Source of the DNA: Candidatus Latescibacterota bacterium
GTDB lineage: Bacteria > Latescibacterota > CBDCVA01
Direction: 5' to 3'
DNA: 64,000 nt
Assembly: GCA_965222935.1 (NCBI GenBank)
Contig: CBDCVA010000001.1
Location: 28,389-92,388, forward strand
A program made the translations under genes and the position numbers. Shown piece after piece: positions 11,011 through 21,492 of this stretch. How positions within the stretch are numbered: position 1 is the first letter of the stretch; every line of letters starts with the position of its first letter. The notes below the pieces were generated by a model, which saw nothing but the letters and a program-made list of their open reading frames with translations, was not told where the DNA came from and did not search any database.

Positions 11011-12006
11011 CTAGCTTCCGCTCTCCAGCGCCTGCAAGATACCCCGCGTATGGCCCACACAATAGGCGATGTACTCCCGCCCCTCGGGGCCGTCCGTCCC
11101 GAGTTTCATGATGTGATCGTAGTCCAGAACACCGTCGTAGCCCACATCCCGGAGCGCCGCCGCCACCCGGGCCATATCGACATCCCCGGCGTCGGGGATC
11201 ACCTCTTCGTAGCTCCGATTCGCGGGAATCGTGCCCCGCACATTCCGGAAATGCACGTGGAAGATCTTCCCCTGGCCTCCAAAGCGCCGGATTCCCTCGT
11301 AGATATCCTCACCCGACTCATACCGGGTGCCCACGCAGAAGGTCAGGCCGCTGTAGGGCGACGGCACCTCGGACAGAAGACGATCCAGGGCATCGAAATT
11401 GTACAGAATCTGCGGCACGCCGTAGAGGCTGGGCACGGGCGGATCGTTCCCGTGCATCGCGATCTTCACCCCGGCCCTCTCCGCCGCGGGTACGATTGTC
11501 CGATAGACCCTTAGCGTCCGCTCCCAGAGCTCCTCGTACGTCGGTGCGCCCGGTGGAGGCGGCCCCTCGAGCGCATCCGAAAGGTCCACCTTCAAGTGCC
11601 GATAGCCGCCGCGCCCCTCGACCCAATGGTAGAAGGACTCCGGAAACTCCGTGAACTGGGACGCCTGGAAGCACTGCACCCCCACCACCGGGAACTTGAA
11701 TTCCCCGCAGAGTTCGACGTTATGAACCAGATGGTCGAGCTCCCTCTCGGCGCCTGGCTGATCCAGATAGATCGCCTTCATGAAAAGGTTCAAAGCGTTG
11801 GCGCGCTCGATCTTCAACCCAGCACGATCGATCGCCTCTGCCACCTGCTCCAGTCCCTCGCGGTTGGCCCGGCCACCGGACTCCGTGAAGCCTGGACAGA
11901 TGTCGAGCGTGATGTCCACACAGTCTACACCGATCTGCTTCAGAAAGCTCAGATCCTCCGGCCGGTCCAGCCAGTCGGGGTCGATGCGAGTACCGATCCT
12001 CATCAT
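11011..12006 (-). CDS. UxuA-family/xylose-isomerase-like TIM-barrel enzyme (second paralogue)
   Basis: Start ATGATG at 12006 with GGAGGTGA RBS. KIAMHGNDPPVPS...FCVGT...IFHVHFRN parallels the UxuA core. Confidence 0.7.
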   Translation of the reverse strand: MMRIGTRIDPDWLDRPEDLSFLKQIGVDCVDITLDICPGFTESGGRANREGLEQVAEAIDRAGLKIERANALNLFMKAIYLDQPGAERELDHLVHNVELCGEFKFPVVGVQCFQASQFTEFPESFYHWVEGRGGYRHLKVDLSDALEGPPPPGAPTYEELWERTLRVYRTIVPAAERAGVKIAMHGNDPPVPSLYGVPQILYNFDALDRLLSEVPSPYSGLTFCVGTRYESGEDIYEGIRRFGGQGKIFHVHFRNVRGTIPANRSYEEVIPDAGDVDMARVAAALRDVGYDGVLDYDHIMKLGTDGPEGREYIAYCVGHTRGILQALESGS

Positions 12007-12359
12007 CTTGTCACCTCCAGATCGTTCGCGGGCGCGTGCCGCTTCACTCTTATCGCGCACGCGCACCGTGCAAGGGGCACTCCATGCTCGCTCTCTCTTT
12101 GCTCATCCCGTCAGTTGACTCGAAATCACGGGTGCAATGACCTATGGGGCAAGTCGCTTTTTCGTGAGAGAGGGCGTCCCGGTGGCGGGTGTCGCTGCAC
12201 GGCGCCGGCGCTGAGACGGCCCGCAGCCCGCCGAGCTGCGGGGTTGGAGCCAATGGTACTCATGGCGCTAACGCCCGACGGGTATTTCTTTAGAGCGACG
12301 ATCGGCTGCCTCCCGCTGGCTGAGAGCGGGCATCCAGCGAAAGCATCGAAGGAGACCTC

Positions 12360-13193
12360 ATGAGTGACCACGACGAAGGCGCGATCCTGACGGATGCGCA
12401 TCCCGATCTCCAGCGCGAACTGCGCTTCTTCCCGATCCGTAACGAGAGGCCTTCGATCCTAACCCCCGGTCAGATCCACCATTTCAATCAAAAGGGCTAC
12501 ATCTCCAGGCTGCCGGTTTTCAGCCGTGACGAGATGGCCATTCACCGCGCTAATTTTGATCGCTTGCTGGAGGTGGAACTGAGGGAGGGGCGGGGCAGCT
12601 ACGCCATCAACGGCCGGCAGCATGAACTGTGGGAAATCTATGATCTGGCAAAGGAGCCGCGCATTCTCGATTACGTACAGGATCTCATCGGCGAGAACAT
12701 CATCTGCTGGGCGACGCACTACTTCTGCAAGCTGCCCGGCGATGGAAAGGCCGTCTCATGGCACCAGGACGCTTCCTACTGGCCCGTGACGCCTTCGAAG
12801 ACCGTCACCGTCTGGCTGGCCATCGACGACGCTGACACCGAAAACGGCTGCATGTGTTTCATTCCCGGGTCCCATGTGCACGGCCAGATCCCCTTCGTGG
12901 CAAGCGCGCCCAAGGAGGGCAATGTGCTGGACCAGACCGTCGAGGGTGCCGAGCGTTATGGGGATGCGCCCTTCAATGTCGAGCTTGAAGCCGGTGAAAT
13001 CTCCCTGCATTCGGACCTCATACTCCACGCCTCCAACCCCAACACCTCAACCCGGCGCCGCTGTGGACTGACCCTCCGCTACGCGCCGCCGGAGGTTCGG
13101 GCCTACAAGGGGCGGAACCTCAAGAGCATGATCTGTAGAGGCGCGGACCCGACCGGCCACTGGGCAAACGTCCCGAGGCCCCCGGCGGATTGA
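12360..13193 (+). CDS. Phytanoyl-CoA dioxygenase (PhyH) family Fe(II)/2-oxoglutarate oxygenase
   Basis: 277 aa with WHQDASYWP (the HxD of the facial triad) and a later LHSDLILHAS. Confidence 0.8.
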   Translation: MSDHDEGAILTDAHPDLQRELRFFPIRNERPSILTPGQIHHFNQKGYISRLPVFSRDEMAIHRANFDRLLEVELREGRGSYAINGRQHELWEIYDLAKEPRILDYVQDLIGENIICWATHYFCKLPGDGKAVSWHQDASYWPVTPSKTVTVWLAIDDADTENGCMCFIPGSHVHGQIPFVASAPKEGNVLDQTVEGAERYGDAPFNVELEAGEISLHSDLILHASNPNTSTRRRCGLTLRYAPPEVRAYKGRNLKSMICRGADPTGHWANVPRPPAD

Positions 13194-13215
13194 GGGCCAT
13201 TCGCTCCCCTCGAGC

Positions 13216-14085
13216 TCACGAGAGCCCCCGGCGATTCGTGCGGGCGCGGTAGAGGCAGCCATCGAAGCCGGTGACGTAAAGGCTCCTCAGGTCCTCATCC
13301 CCGAAGGCGCAGTTGGTCGGCGGCGTCGGCGTGGGGTGGGTTTCCAGCACCCGCCCCGAGGGGTCGAAGACATAGATCATGGGCCCCGGACCGCTCTCCT
13401 CCGAGCCCGCCGTCGCCACGATGTTCCCCTCCGAATCGAGGGTCATCCCATCGATGCCTCGATGCGGGTAAAAGTTGTGCAGCACCTCGTATTCCCTCGG
13501 GGTGTCGTCCTCCCGTAAGGCGTACGCGCGCAGCTCCCTTTTTTTGTCCTCGCCGTATTCGCTCTGGGCCACATACAACGTCTTCACATCGGGGGTTACG
13601 ATCAGGCCGTTGGGGCGCGTCGTGTCGTAGGTCATTCGCGCGATGGACCAGGAGCCATCGGCCGCTGGGTCAAGCCTGTAGATCGATTCGTGATCGAGTT
13701 CCATAGAGTCTCGGTCACCGGTGTAGCGCGGATCGGTGAACCAGATGCGCCCCTTCGCGTCCACCACCAGGTCGTTGGGGCTGTTGAGGCGGCAGCCTTC
13801 GAGTCGATCGACGATCACGGCGGTCGCTCCGCCGGGGTCGTAGCGCACGATGCGGCGTCCGTCTCCGCTGCCTTCGCAGGCGTAGAGGTGGCCCTCCGGG
13901 TTTAGCGCCAGGCCGTTGGCTTCGTTGGTGCCCGTGCGGTAGGTGTCGCAGGCCCCCGTCCCGGGGTCGTAGCGCAGGGTCCGGCTACTTGCGATGTCGC
14001 TGAAGAGGAGAACTTGCCCGGTCCAGACGGGGCCTTCGGTGAAGTTGAAGGGTCCGGCGACGCGCTCGAACTGCCATTCTTCCAT
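13216..14085 (-). CDS. SMP-30/gluconolactonase/LRE family protein
   Basis: Start ATG at 14085 with AAGGAG RBS. The N-terminus has FNFTEGPVW, followed by propeller motifs NDLVVD and PNGLIV. The track extension to 14235 is non-coding-like. Confidence 0.8.
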   Translation of the reverse strand: MEEWQFERVAGPFNFTEGPVWTGQVLLFSDIASSRTLRYDPGTGACDTYRTGTNEANGLALNPEGHLYACEGSGDGRRIVRYDPGGATAVIVDRLEGCRLNSPNDLVVDAKGRIWFTDPRYTGDRDSMELDHESIYRLDPAADGSWSIARMTYDTTRPNGLIVTPDVKTLYVAQSEYGEDKKRELRAYALREDDTPREYEVLHNFYPHRGIDGMTLDSEGNIVATAGSEESGPGPMIYVFDPSGRVLETHPTPTPPTNCAFGDEDLRSLYVTGFDGCLYRARTNRRGLS

Positions 14086-14391
14086 CGGTTTTTCTCCTTG
14101 GCTCGTGTCCCCCGGCCCATGAGGAAGTCCGGCGATCCCAGCGGACCTTCGGTGAAGTTGAAGGGTTTCCCAACGCGGCCCAATTCCCATACCACCGTGC
14201 GTCCATGTCCCCAAAACCGGACGGGCCGGCAACAATCCCTATGTACGCTGGCGGTATGCGGAGGTCAAGGTTACAAGCCTTCTCAAGGCGGGCCGGGAGC
14301 CCATCCTGCAAATCGCCGGTTTGTCTTGGGTCGCTCCGGTGATTAGCTTGCTTGCACCATCCGAGAAGGCGATTCAACCATCGCACAGCAT

Positions 14392-16044
14392 ATGAGGAGA
14401 AGCTTCATGACGGCAGCCGATGTTCTGGTCAAGATCCTGCTCGCCGAAGGCGTCGAGCAGTGCTTCTGCTATCCCAACAGCGACATCATAGATCCCATGG
14501 CCCGCGCGGGCCTGCGCGTCATCACCACCCGTCAGGAGCGGGTGACGGGGAACATGGCCGATGGCGTGTCCCGCTCGACCAACGGCGGCCAGATCGGGGT
14601 CTTCGCGGTGCAGGCCCTGGCGGGATCGGAGAATGCCTTCGCGGGCGTCGCCCACTCCCATACGGATTCAACGCCCGTCCTGTTTCTTCCGGGTCACCCG
14701 GGCACGGAGTGCATAGGAAACATACCGACGTTCGACAGCCTCGACAACTATGGCGCCACGACCAAGATGGCGCAGAAGGTGCTCTCGGCCGAGCAAATGC
14801 CGAGCAAGCTGCGGCAGGCGTTCACGGCGCTTCGGTCCGGGAGACCGCAGCCCGTGATGCTGGAGCTCCCCACGGACGTGTGCAACGCCCCGTTCAAAGC
14901 GGAACTGGCCTACACGCCCGTCAAGCGGATGCGACCGGCAGCGGACAGCGGCGCCGTGCAGGAGGCGGCCGAACGTTTGGTGGCGGCGGAGACACCGCTC
15001 ATCTGGGCCGGCCACGGGGTACTCTACGCCGAGGCGAGCGACGAACTGCGCGAAGTCGCCGAACTGCTCGGCGCCCCGGTGATGACCACCCTCCAGGGCA
15101 AGAGCGCCTTCCCGGAGCGCCACGAACTGGCCGCGGGGGTTGGCGCCTACGTGTGGACCGCGATGGCCGCACATTACATCAACGCCTGCGACGTCCTGCT
15201 GGCCGTGGGCTCAAGCCTTAGTCGCGCGCCCTTCACGCCGGTGGTACCAGAGGGGAAGACGATCATCCACGCCACCGTCGATCCCCGGGACATCCATAAG
15301 GAGTACGCGGCGGACGTGGGCATCATCGCCGACGCCAAGCTCTTTCTGGCCCAGCTCGCCGAGGCGCTTCGCTCTCTGGTCGGGCCGCGCCAGAGGGAGC
15401 TCGGGGCGAAGAACGCCCGGATTCTGGCCAACCTGCGGCGCGATTGGCTTGCGGAATATGAACCTCAATTCAGCGATGATTCGGTGCCCATCAACGGCTA
15501 CCGGATGTTCCGCGAACTGTGGAGCGTCATCGACCCCGATACCACGATGCTCACCCACGAATCGGGAGCCTCGCGCGATATCCAGAGCATCTTCTACGAA
15601 TCGACGGTCCCGCGCAGTTACATCGCCTGGGGGCAGTCGTCGCAGCTTGGGTTCTCTCTGGGCCTGGCTATGGGCGCCAAGCTGGCCAATCCCGATAAGC
15701 TCGTGGTGAACGTTATGGGCGACGGCGCGGTGGGAATGACGGGCATGGACTGGGAGACCGCATCGCGCAACGAAATTCCCATCCTTTCGGTGGTCAAACA
15801 CGATTCCATCTTCAGCGCGTACGACAGGAACATTCCGGAGGCCGTCAAGCGCTACAAGGCCTCGTCGCAGTATGGCGACTACGCGGCCGTGGCTGCTGCG
15901 CTCGGGTGCTGGTCCGAGAAGGTGACCCAGCCGGCGGAGCTAAGGCCCGCGCTTGAAAGGGCTATCAGGGCCACGCATGAGGGGCAGCCCGCGGTGGTGG
16001 ACGTGATCACTGCGGAGACGCGGTTGCTCTCGCGTCCGAGCTAG
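14392..16044 (+). CDS. Thiamine-pyrophosphate-dependent enzyme (acetolactate synthase-like family)
   Basis: 550 aa with the TPP-binding motif GDGAVGMTGMDWETASRNEIPILSVVKHD. Confidence 0.8.
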   Translation: MRRSFMTAADVLVKILLAEGVEQCFCYPNSDIIDPMARAGLRVITTRQERVTGNMADGVSRSTNGGQIGVFAVQALAGSENAFAGVAHSHTDSTPVLFLPGHPGTECIGNIPTFDSLDNYGATTKMAQKVLSAEQMPSKLRQAFTALRSGRPQPVMLELPTDVCNAPFKAELAYTPVKRMRPAADSGAVQEAAERLVAAETPLIWAGHGVLYAEASDELREVAELLGAPVMTTLQGKSAFPERHELAAGVGAYVWTAMAAHYINACDVLLAVGSSLSRAPFTPVVPEGKTIIHATVDPRDIHKEYAADVGIIADAKLFLAQLAEALRSLVGPRQRELGAKNARILANLRRDWLAEYEPQFSDDSVPINGYRMFRELWSVIDPDTTMLTHESGASRDIQSIFYESTVPRSYIAWGQSSQLGFSLGLAMGAKLANPDKLVVNVMGDGAVGMTGMDWETASRNEIPILSVVKHDSIFSAYDRNIPEAVKRYKASSQYGDYAAVAAALGCWSEKVTQPAELRPALERAIRATHEGQPAVVDVITAETRLLSRPS

Positions 16045-16129
16045 GGTGCTCCTGGACGGACTAGGGGGTGACCCCGCGGACGGATGGATCATCCCTGAAG
16101 AACCGTGGCGTCGGGGTAGGGGCGTTAGA

Positions 16130-18061
16130 CTAAAGGCCCTCGATCGCTACGGGTGCGACCGGCTCGGCTAGGTCGAAGCCGAAGACCCGTGAATAGAAGT
16201 AGAGCTCAGCGTCGAGCGCCCGCTTGATGTTCTCGGCGCGTCGGAAGCCGTGTCCCTCGCCCTCGAAGGGGACATACGCGACGGGTAATCCCTTGGCGCG
16301 CAGTGCCTCGACCATGAACTCGGCCTGATCGGGCGGAACGACCTTATCGTCGAGTCCCTGGAAGAGGATGACCGGGCAGGAGAGCCGATCGGTGAAGTGG
16401 ATCGGTGAACGCTCGACGTAGAGGTCGCGTCGCTCGGGATAGGAGCCGACCAGCCGGTCTAGGTAGCGCGACTCGAACTTGTGCGTGTCTTTCGTCATCG
16501 CTTCCAGATCACTGATTCCGCAGTAGCTCGCGCCGGCGGCGAAGACATCACCGCAGGTGAGCGCGCACAGTGTCGCGTAGCCGCCTGCGCTGCTGCCCCT
16601 GATGGCGAGCCGATCTCCATCGACCTCGCCGCGCTCGACCAGATAGCGTGCTGCGTTGGTGCAGTCGTTCATATCAACGATACCCCATTGTCCGTCCAGT
16701 CGCTCGCGATAGGCTCGACCGTAGCCGGTGCTGCCGCCATAGTTCACGTCACAGACGGCAAAGCCCCGGCTGGTCCAGTACTGGATTCTGAGATCGAGGG
16801 CGTCCGAGGTCGCCGAGGTCGGTCCGCCGTGGCTCACGACTAGAAGGGGCGGCCGCTCACTCGCTGGCGGGACGTGGTCGCAGTTGTTCGGCGCGTAGAA
16901 GAAGGCGTGGGCTGTGAGCCCGCCTTCGGTCGGGAACACAATCGCTTGAGGCACGGACACATAGCCGAGGTCCAATGTTATTTCGCTCGAACGGCGTAAG
17001 ACCTCATACTCGTGCGCAGCCACGTCAAGCTGGACGATGGACGCGGGTTCCGTCGGCGAAGCCGCGAGGAACAGGGCGCGTCCAGGGCTCGCCTGGAGGG
17101 CACTAAAGTCGGTATAGGGGGCCTCGATCGCGTCGAGCTCGCCGCTCGTCGTATCGAGGCTCGCCAGTCGCCAGGTGCCGCCCTGCGTGAATGTGCAGAT
17201 GATGCGGTCCGCCGATTCGAACGCATAGGCCGATAGTCCGAAGACCCACTGAGGCATGCCGAACTCGGCCTCCATGCTGCACAGCGGCTCGGCCCGCCCG
17301 CTGTGCCAGCGATGGAGGTTCCACCAGCCCGTCCGGTCCGAGACGAAGTAGAGGCGGCCGTCGGGCGACCACCGGGGCTCGAAGATGGATTCGTCGGCGC
17401 CGCCAGCCAGGTGCTCGGCGGGACCCAGCGACCCATCAGGCTCGATGTCGGCGACCCACAGCTCGGTCCCGTCCCACGGCATGTTCGGGTGGTCCCATAC
17501 CAGCCACGCGAGACGGGTTCCATCTGGGCTGAGGCGTGGAGAGCTACAGAAATCGTTGCCGGAGACGAGCTCCCGGATGTCCTGGCGACCCTCAAGATCG
17601 ACGGCCACCAGCGCGTTGACCGGCTCGCCCCGGGTTCCGGTGTGATCCTCACGCACGCAGATCACCCTGCGGCGGCGGCGGTCGATGACGCCATCGGCGT
17701 AGCGCATCTCCGCCCCCGGGGTGATCGGTCGTGGCTCGGCGCCGGGGTCCTGACGGTAGAGGCGCCCATCGGCGAAGTTCGAGAAGACGACCGCACCGCC
17801 ATCGACGACGAAGGCACCGCCCCCATACTCGTGGACGCGCGTCCGAACGTTGAAGCCGTCCGGCGTGACGTCGAACATCCGCCCGTCGGGTGTGCGCTTG
17901 ACGATGACGTTTCGCCCTCCCTCACCCGGGCGCATCTCGGTCCAGTAGACCTCCTCGCCATCGAGGGCAATCTGCCCGAGGTCGATGGTTTCGGAGACGA
18001 TCAGGTCCGAGGTGATCGGCGATGTCCAGGAGCCGTGAGGGGTGATCTGTGGCTCAACCAT
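16130..18061 (-). CDS. S9 family serine peptidase (prolyl oligopeptidase/acylaminoacyl-peptidase type)
   Basis: 643 aa. The N-terminal part is propeller-like. The C-terminal hydrolase part has the nucleophile elbow GSSAGGY, DDKVV and GEGHGF. Confidence 0.85.
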   Translation of the reverse strand: MVEPQITPHGSWTSPITSDLIVSETIDLGQIALDGEEVYWTEMRPGEGGRNVIVKRTPDGRMFDVTPDGFNVRTRVHEYGGGAFVVDGGAVVFSNFADGRLYRQDPGAEPRPITPGAEMRYADGVIDRRRRRVICVREDHTGTRGEPVNALVAVDLEGRQDIRELVSGNDFCSSPRLSPDGTRLAWLVWDHPNMPWDGTELWVADIEPDGSLGPAEHLAGGADESIFEPRWSPDGRLYFVSDRTGWWNLHRWHSGRAEPLCSMEAEFGMPQWVFGLSAYAFESADRIICTFTQGGTWRLASLDTTSGELDAIEAPYTDFSALQASPGRALFLAASPTEPASIVQLDVAAHEYEVLRRSSEITLDLGYVSVPQAIVFPTEGGLTAHAFFYAPNNCDHVPPASERPPLLVVSHGGPTSATSDALDLRIQYWTSRGFAVCDVNYGGSTGYGRAYRERLDGQWGIVDMNDCTNAARYLVERGEVDGDRLAIRGSSAGGYATLCALTCGDVFAAGASYCGISDLEAMTKDTHKFESRYLDRLVGSYPERRDLYVERSPIHFTDRLSCPVILFQGLDDKVVPPDQAEFMVEALRAKGLPVAYVPFEGEGHGFRRAENIKRALDAELYFYSRVFGFDLAEPVAPVAIEGL

Positions 18062-18104
18062 ACTGTCGACCGGTTTCCGGGGTGCTTAGCGTTTGACGGA
18101 TCGC

Positions 18105-19208
18105 TCAATCCGTCAGGAGTTCATCGACATCGAGGTCTAAGACCCCCGCGCATACGCGTTGCAACCAGACATCGCGTAGCGCGAGCCCGCGTTCATCCGT
18201 CCACTCATTCATCGTCACGGTGTACACCATGCCGGCTAGGCAGAGGAGCATGGAGAGCCGGTAGTCGTGCAGGAGCCGATCAAACGCGTAGTCCCCAACC
18301 CCGTTTTCCATCAGGATCGTGTGGTAGGTACTCAACAACTCCATCTCTTTTGCTTTCCGTTCCTGGGGCTGCATGTTCCCGCAAAGAAAATAGGCAACTT
18401 CCCACGCGCCGCATCCGGGGCGCACGCTGTCCCAGTCGACGACGGCAAGGGAGGCGCCGCCTTCCGGGCTCGGAAAGAAGATGTGATCCAGACGGTAGTC
18501 GCCGTGAAGCATCGTCACAGGCGACGCTGCAAGCTGATCCGGGATGTTGACGCGGTCCTTCTCGATCTTCTCGCCAATCTCCAGGATCGAAGCGGGCAAT
18601 TGGTCGCCGACCTCTTCGAGGAACCGGCCCCATCTGTGCTTATGTCCTTCCCGATGCAATGAGCTATCCTCGGCTTCCACGGTCCTCAAAATACCTAAGC
18701 GCCTGTGAACATCCGCTAGCCGTGGGCTCTCCCACCAGTCAGCGTGGAACTGCGCCAGATGGCGAATCGCCAATTCCGCTTCGTCACCGGTGCAGCCAGC
18801 GACCTGATTGCCGGCGCGGGCGGGGGCCAGATCCTCGATCAGGAGGACGAACCGCTGGGCCTCGATGTCAATGTCGCTGAAGTAATGACGCGGCGCCCGT
18901 AGGCTGATCTCCCGGGCGAGCTCCTGGTAGAACCACACATCTTTCTCATACGCACCCCAGGACCATGCACGGGCACGCATCTGTGGGTCCAGGCTGGGAA
19001 ATTTCGCGATGAGTGACGCCGGCGCACCTTCTCCGTCCTTGTCATAGCACAGGTTCACCCGAGCGACCCTCGAAATGAAGCCCGCCCCCTTCCCGATGAT
19101 CTCTGCGTGGAAGGATTCGACGGCCGCCTTGGTGATGGTGCCCCGGTGGCGAAGCGCCCAGGTGAGCCATTCGGGCGTCAGCTCCTCGGGACCCGTGGGA
19201 ATCTTCAT
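18105..19208 (-). CDS. Phosphotransferase (APH/ecdysteroid-kinase-like) family protein
   Basis: 367 aa with catalytic-loop HGDYRLDHIFF and VVDWDS. Confidence 0.75.
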   Translation of the reverse strand: MKIPTGPEELTPEWLTWALRHRGTITKAAVESFHAEIIGKGAGFISRVARVNLCYDKDGEGAPASLIAKFPSLDPQMRARAWSWGAYEKDVWFYQELAREISLRAPRHYFSDIDIEAQRFVLLIEDLAPARAGNQVAGCTGDEAELAIRHLAQFHADWWESPRLADVHRRLGILRTVEAEDSSLHREGHKHRWGRFLEEVGDQLPASILEIGEKIEKDRVNIPDQLAASPVTMLHGDYRLDHIFFPSPEGGASLAVVDWDSVRPGCGAWEVAYFLCGNMQPQERKAKEMELLSTYHTILMENGVGDYAFDRLLHDYRLSMLLCLAGMVYTVTMNEWTDERGLALRDVWLQRVCAGVLDLDVDELLTD

Positions 19209-19418
19209 GTCCGCCGTATCGCTGTTTATCCCGTTCCGCCTACGAAGGAGTCCTCTGTCGAGCGCGTCACTCTCCGACCCGGCTCCGTCATTCGATATAA
19301 CGGTTGTGAATGGGTCCCCGCATAGGCGCAGGCGGTGACGAGTTGATCAAGCTCCTGCAGCAAGATGGCTGGCAGGCCGAACGGCGCGCGCGTTCGGGGC
19401 CCGAGCAGCCGCCTCGGT

Positions 19419-20423
19419 CTAGGGGAGACGAAGCTCCGCCAGATAGATCGCGGAGGGCGCAAGGACCGTCCCGCTGCCTTCATGGCTGGAATAATAGGAC
19501 AGGAGACCTCGCGTTTCGCTGAGTTGGACGAACCCCGGATAGGAATTATCCCCGCCACTGGGCAGTTCCGCAATCTCTTGAAGCCGGTCATCGATGAGCC
19601 AGTAGAGCGTCGTCCTGGGGTTCTTCGGATCGATCCTCTTCCGGCCGCCGACGAGGACTCTGTCACCCCATTTCGCCACGAGCGGTCCGCCGATGTTCCG
19701 ATCCAGGTCAGTGCGGCTCCAATGGTGGTATGGGGGATGGGACCTGCAGACCTGCGCTGGTCGCGGCTCCTTGCTTCGTGCCACGGCCAGGATCGAACCC
19801 TCCCTCTCGAACAGGAACGCGGTCTCGCTCCCATAGCTCTCTTGAAACAGGCTCGCGTGCTTCCACACGAACCCATCATCGCTCTCAAGGAGCGCCGATT
19901 CCATGATGGGATCAGCGTCGCGCCCGCCAGCCGTCCGCGCGAACGCCCGCTTCCTTCGGCCACAGAGGTACGCCTTGCCGCCATGGGCGGCCGCTCGCCA
20001 GATGTAGTGGCCGTACGTGCCCTCAAGGAAGCGAGGCCCCTGCCACACCCGGCCGTCGCTGCTCCAGGCGCAGTAGCCCAGGTGATCGTTGACATCTTGC
20101 TTCTCCGTCCACGCCGAGGGTGCTTCGGCGGGGTCGCATAGCCAAGTGCCCGTGTAGACGAACAGCGCCTCACCGAAAACCAGGAAGTGCGGATCGCGAA
20201 CGTCGCGATCGGAAACGCTGAACGCGTACGCTTGCTCCCAGCGCTCACCGTCCCCGCTGCTCAGGATCACGACGCGCGAACTGGTAAAGACATGGTGGCC
20301 ATCAGGACAACTGCGGAACGTGAGATAGTATCGGTCCCGAAAGCGGCAGAGGTCCGTGAAGGCGTTGTGGTTGCCGTCATCGAAGACCTTGCGCACCGAT
20401 TCGACAGTCACCCTACACCCCAC
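19419..20423 (-). CDS. Sialidase/BNR-like beta-propeller protein, function unknown
   Basis: 334-aa ORF with repeated S.DG..W blades (SSGDGERW, SSDGRVW, SDDGFVW). The start codon is uncertain (GTG). Confidence 0.55.
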   Translation of the reverse strand: MGCRVTVESVRKVFDDGNHNAFTDLCRFRDRYYLTFRSCPDGHHVFTSSRVVILSSGDGERWEQAYAFSVSDRDVRDPHFLVFGEALFVYTGTWLCDPAEAPSAWTEKQDVNDHLGYCAWSSDGRVWQGPRFLEGTYGHYIWRAAAHGGKAYLCGRRKRAFARTAGGRDADPIMESALLESDDGFVWKHASLFQESYGSETAFLFEREGSILAVARSKEPRPAQVCRSHPPYHHWSRTDLDRNIGGPLVAKWGDRVLVGGRKRIDPKNPRTTLYWLIDDRLQEIAELPSGGDNSYPGFVQLSETRGLLSYYSSHEGSGTVLAPSAIYLAELRLP

Positions 20424-20514
20424 TCGACCTGAACGATTGACGACGCCATCATCTTCGATTTGTTGGGGCGGGTTATTCGCCAGCCCCTCCTCTATGGGTG
20501 CGCCTGGCTGAAGC

Positions 20515-21255
20515 TCAGCGAGGGCGCTCGGACATATGACGCTTTTTCACAGTTCCCCAGGTCACCTCTCTAACGGCACTCGATACATTTGACTCACTTG
20601 ACTGGAGATTGAAACTTATAAGCTCCAGAGTCTCTTGCCGCGCTTCTAGATCAACTGTGTACGATCTAATTAATCCTATCTGGGGATGTATATAGAGTGT
20701 TGTCTCACATTCCTGGATCTCAATGGGAGACGTGAACCAAAACTTAAAGATTCCGGAATACAAAGAGTGGTCGACTACCATCTCTAAGGGACCCCATCTA
20801 ACAAGTTCCGATTCTTCGGAGATAATAAGTCCACCGAACACACCTTCATACCGTATTTCACCCTTTTGATCTATCCCCACACGCCATAGATCGAAATAGA
20901 TATATTCCTCTGCACTCTTGGCATCGTACCACCAGATCACTCCATCAGCCGATGCTCGATACAGTTCTCCATCTCCCCAACGACTGTTTGTAACGTGTAC
21001 CCGGTAGTATTCCTGATCTCCTACTTGCTCTGTTCCGACAACGCTTACGATGACTGTATCAATCCTGGTTTCATAGGTTGTACTCGACGTCTGTATCCCT
21101 GTCGTTCTATGATAGGTCCATGAGTCTCCGACCTGTGGCGGCACACAGATATCGACTATACCATAACCCAAAGCATCGCATGGTATCGGCAGCGCCAAAT
21201 AGACCAGCACGGAAAGCATGAAACAGGGTCTTGAACCTTTCCAGCAGCCCGTCAT
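20515..21255 (-). CDS. Secreted hypothetical protein (P3), AT-richer gene
   Basis: Start ATG at 21255 behind the conserved AAAGGAGGTCGTG leader. Signal-like FMLSVLVYLALPIPCDA. The VGDSWTYH motif is shared with P2. The C-terminus is REVTWGTVKK. Confidence 0.7.
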   Translation of the reverse strand: MTGCWKGSRPCFMLSVLVYLALPIPCDALGYGIVDICVPPQVGDSWTYHRTTGIQTSSTTYETRIDTVIVSVVGTEQVGDQEYYRVHVTNSRWGDGELYRASADGVIWWYDAKSAEEYIYFDLWRVGIDQKGEIRYEGVFGGLIISEESELVRWGPLEMVVDHSLYSGIFKFWFTSPIEIQECETTLYIHPQIGLIRSYTVDLEARQETLELISFNLQSSESNVSSAVREVTWGTVKKRHMSERPR

Positions 21256-21491
21256 GACACGACCTCCTTTAAGGGCACGGCGCACCAATATACCCTTGCT
21301 CTCATCATTCGACAAGGGCCATGGTTCGCGTTGACTGCAAGGTTTCCGTCGCCATAAACATGCGCCGGGAAGTGCGTCCCGTCGGGCTGAACGAAGGGGG
21401 CTATTTCGTCGACGACCATGGCATGGATAGAACCTACGCTTGACCCTACCGAGATAAGCGCCAGCAGGATCGTGAATCGACGTCTCCTCAT
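21252..21491 (-). pseudogene. Gene remnant: signal peptide fused to a frame-shifted tail of a T9SS/FlgD-Ig-type C-terminal domain
   Basis: ATG at 21491 with GAGGAGGA RBS gives MRRRRFTILLALISVGSSVGSIHA. An alternative frame at the 3' end reads TSRRMFMATETLQSTRTMALVE*, homologous to SGMFFYRLTTATLKSTRTMVLVK* at the end of the 22432 gene. Confidence 0.45.
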
Positions 21492-21492
21492 T

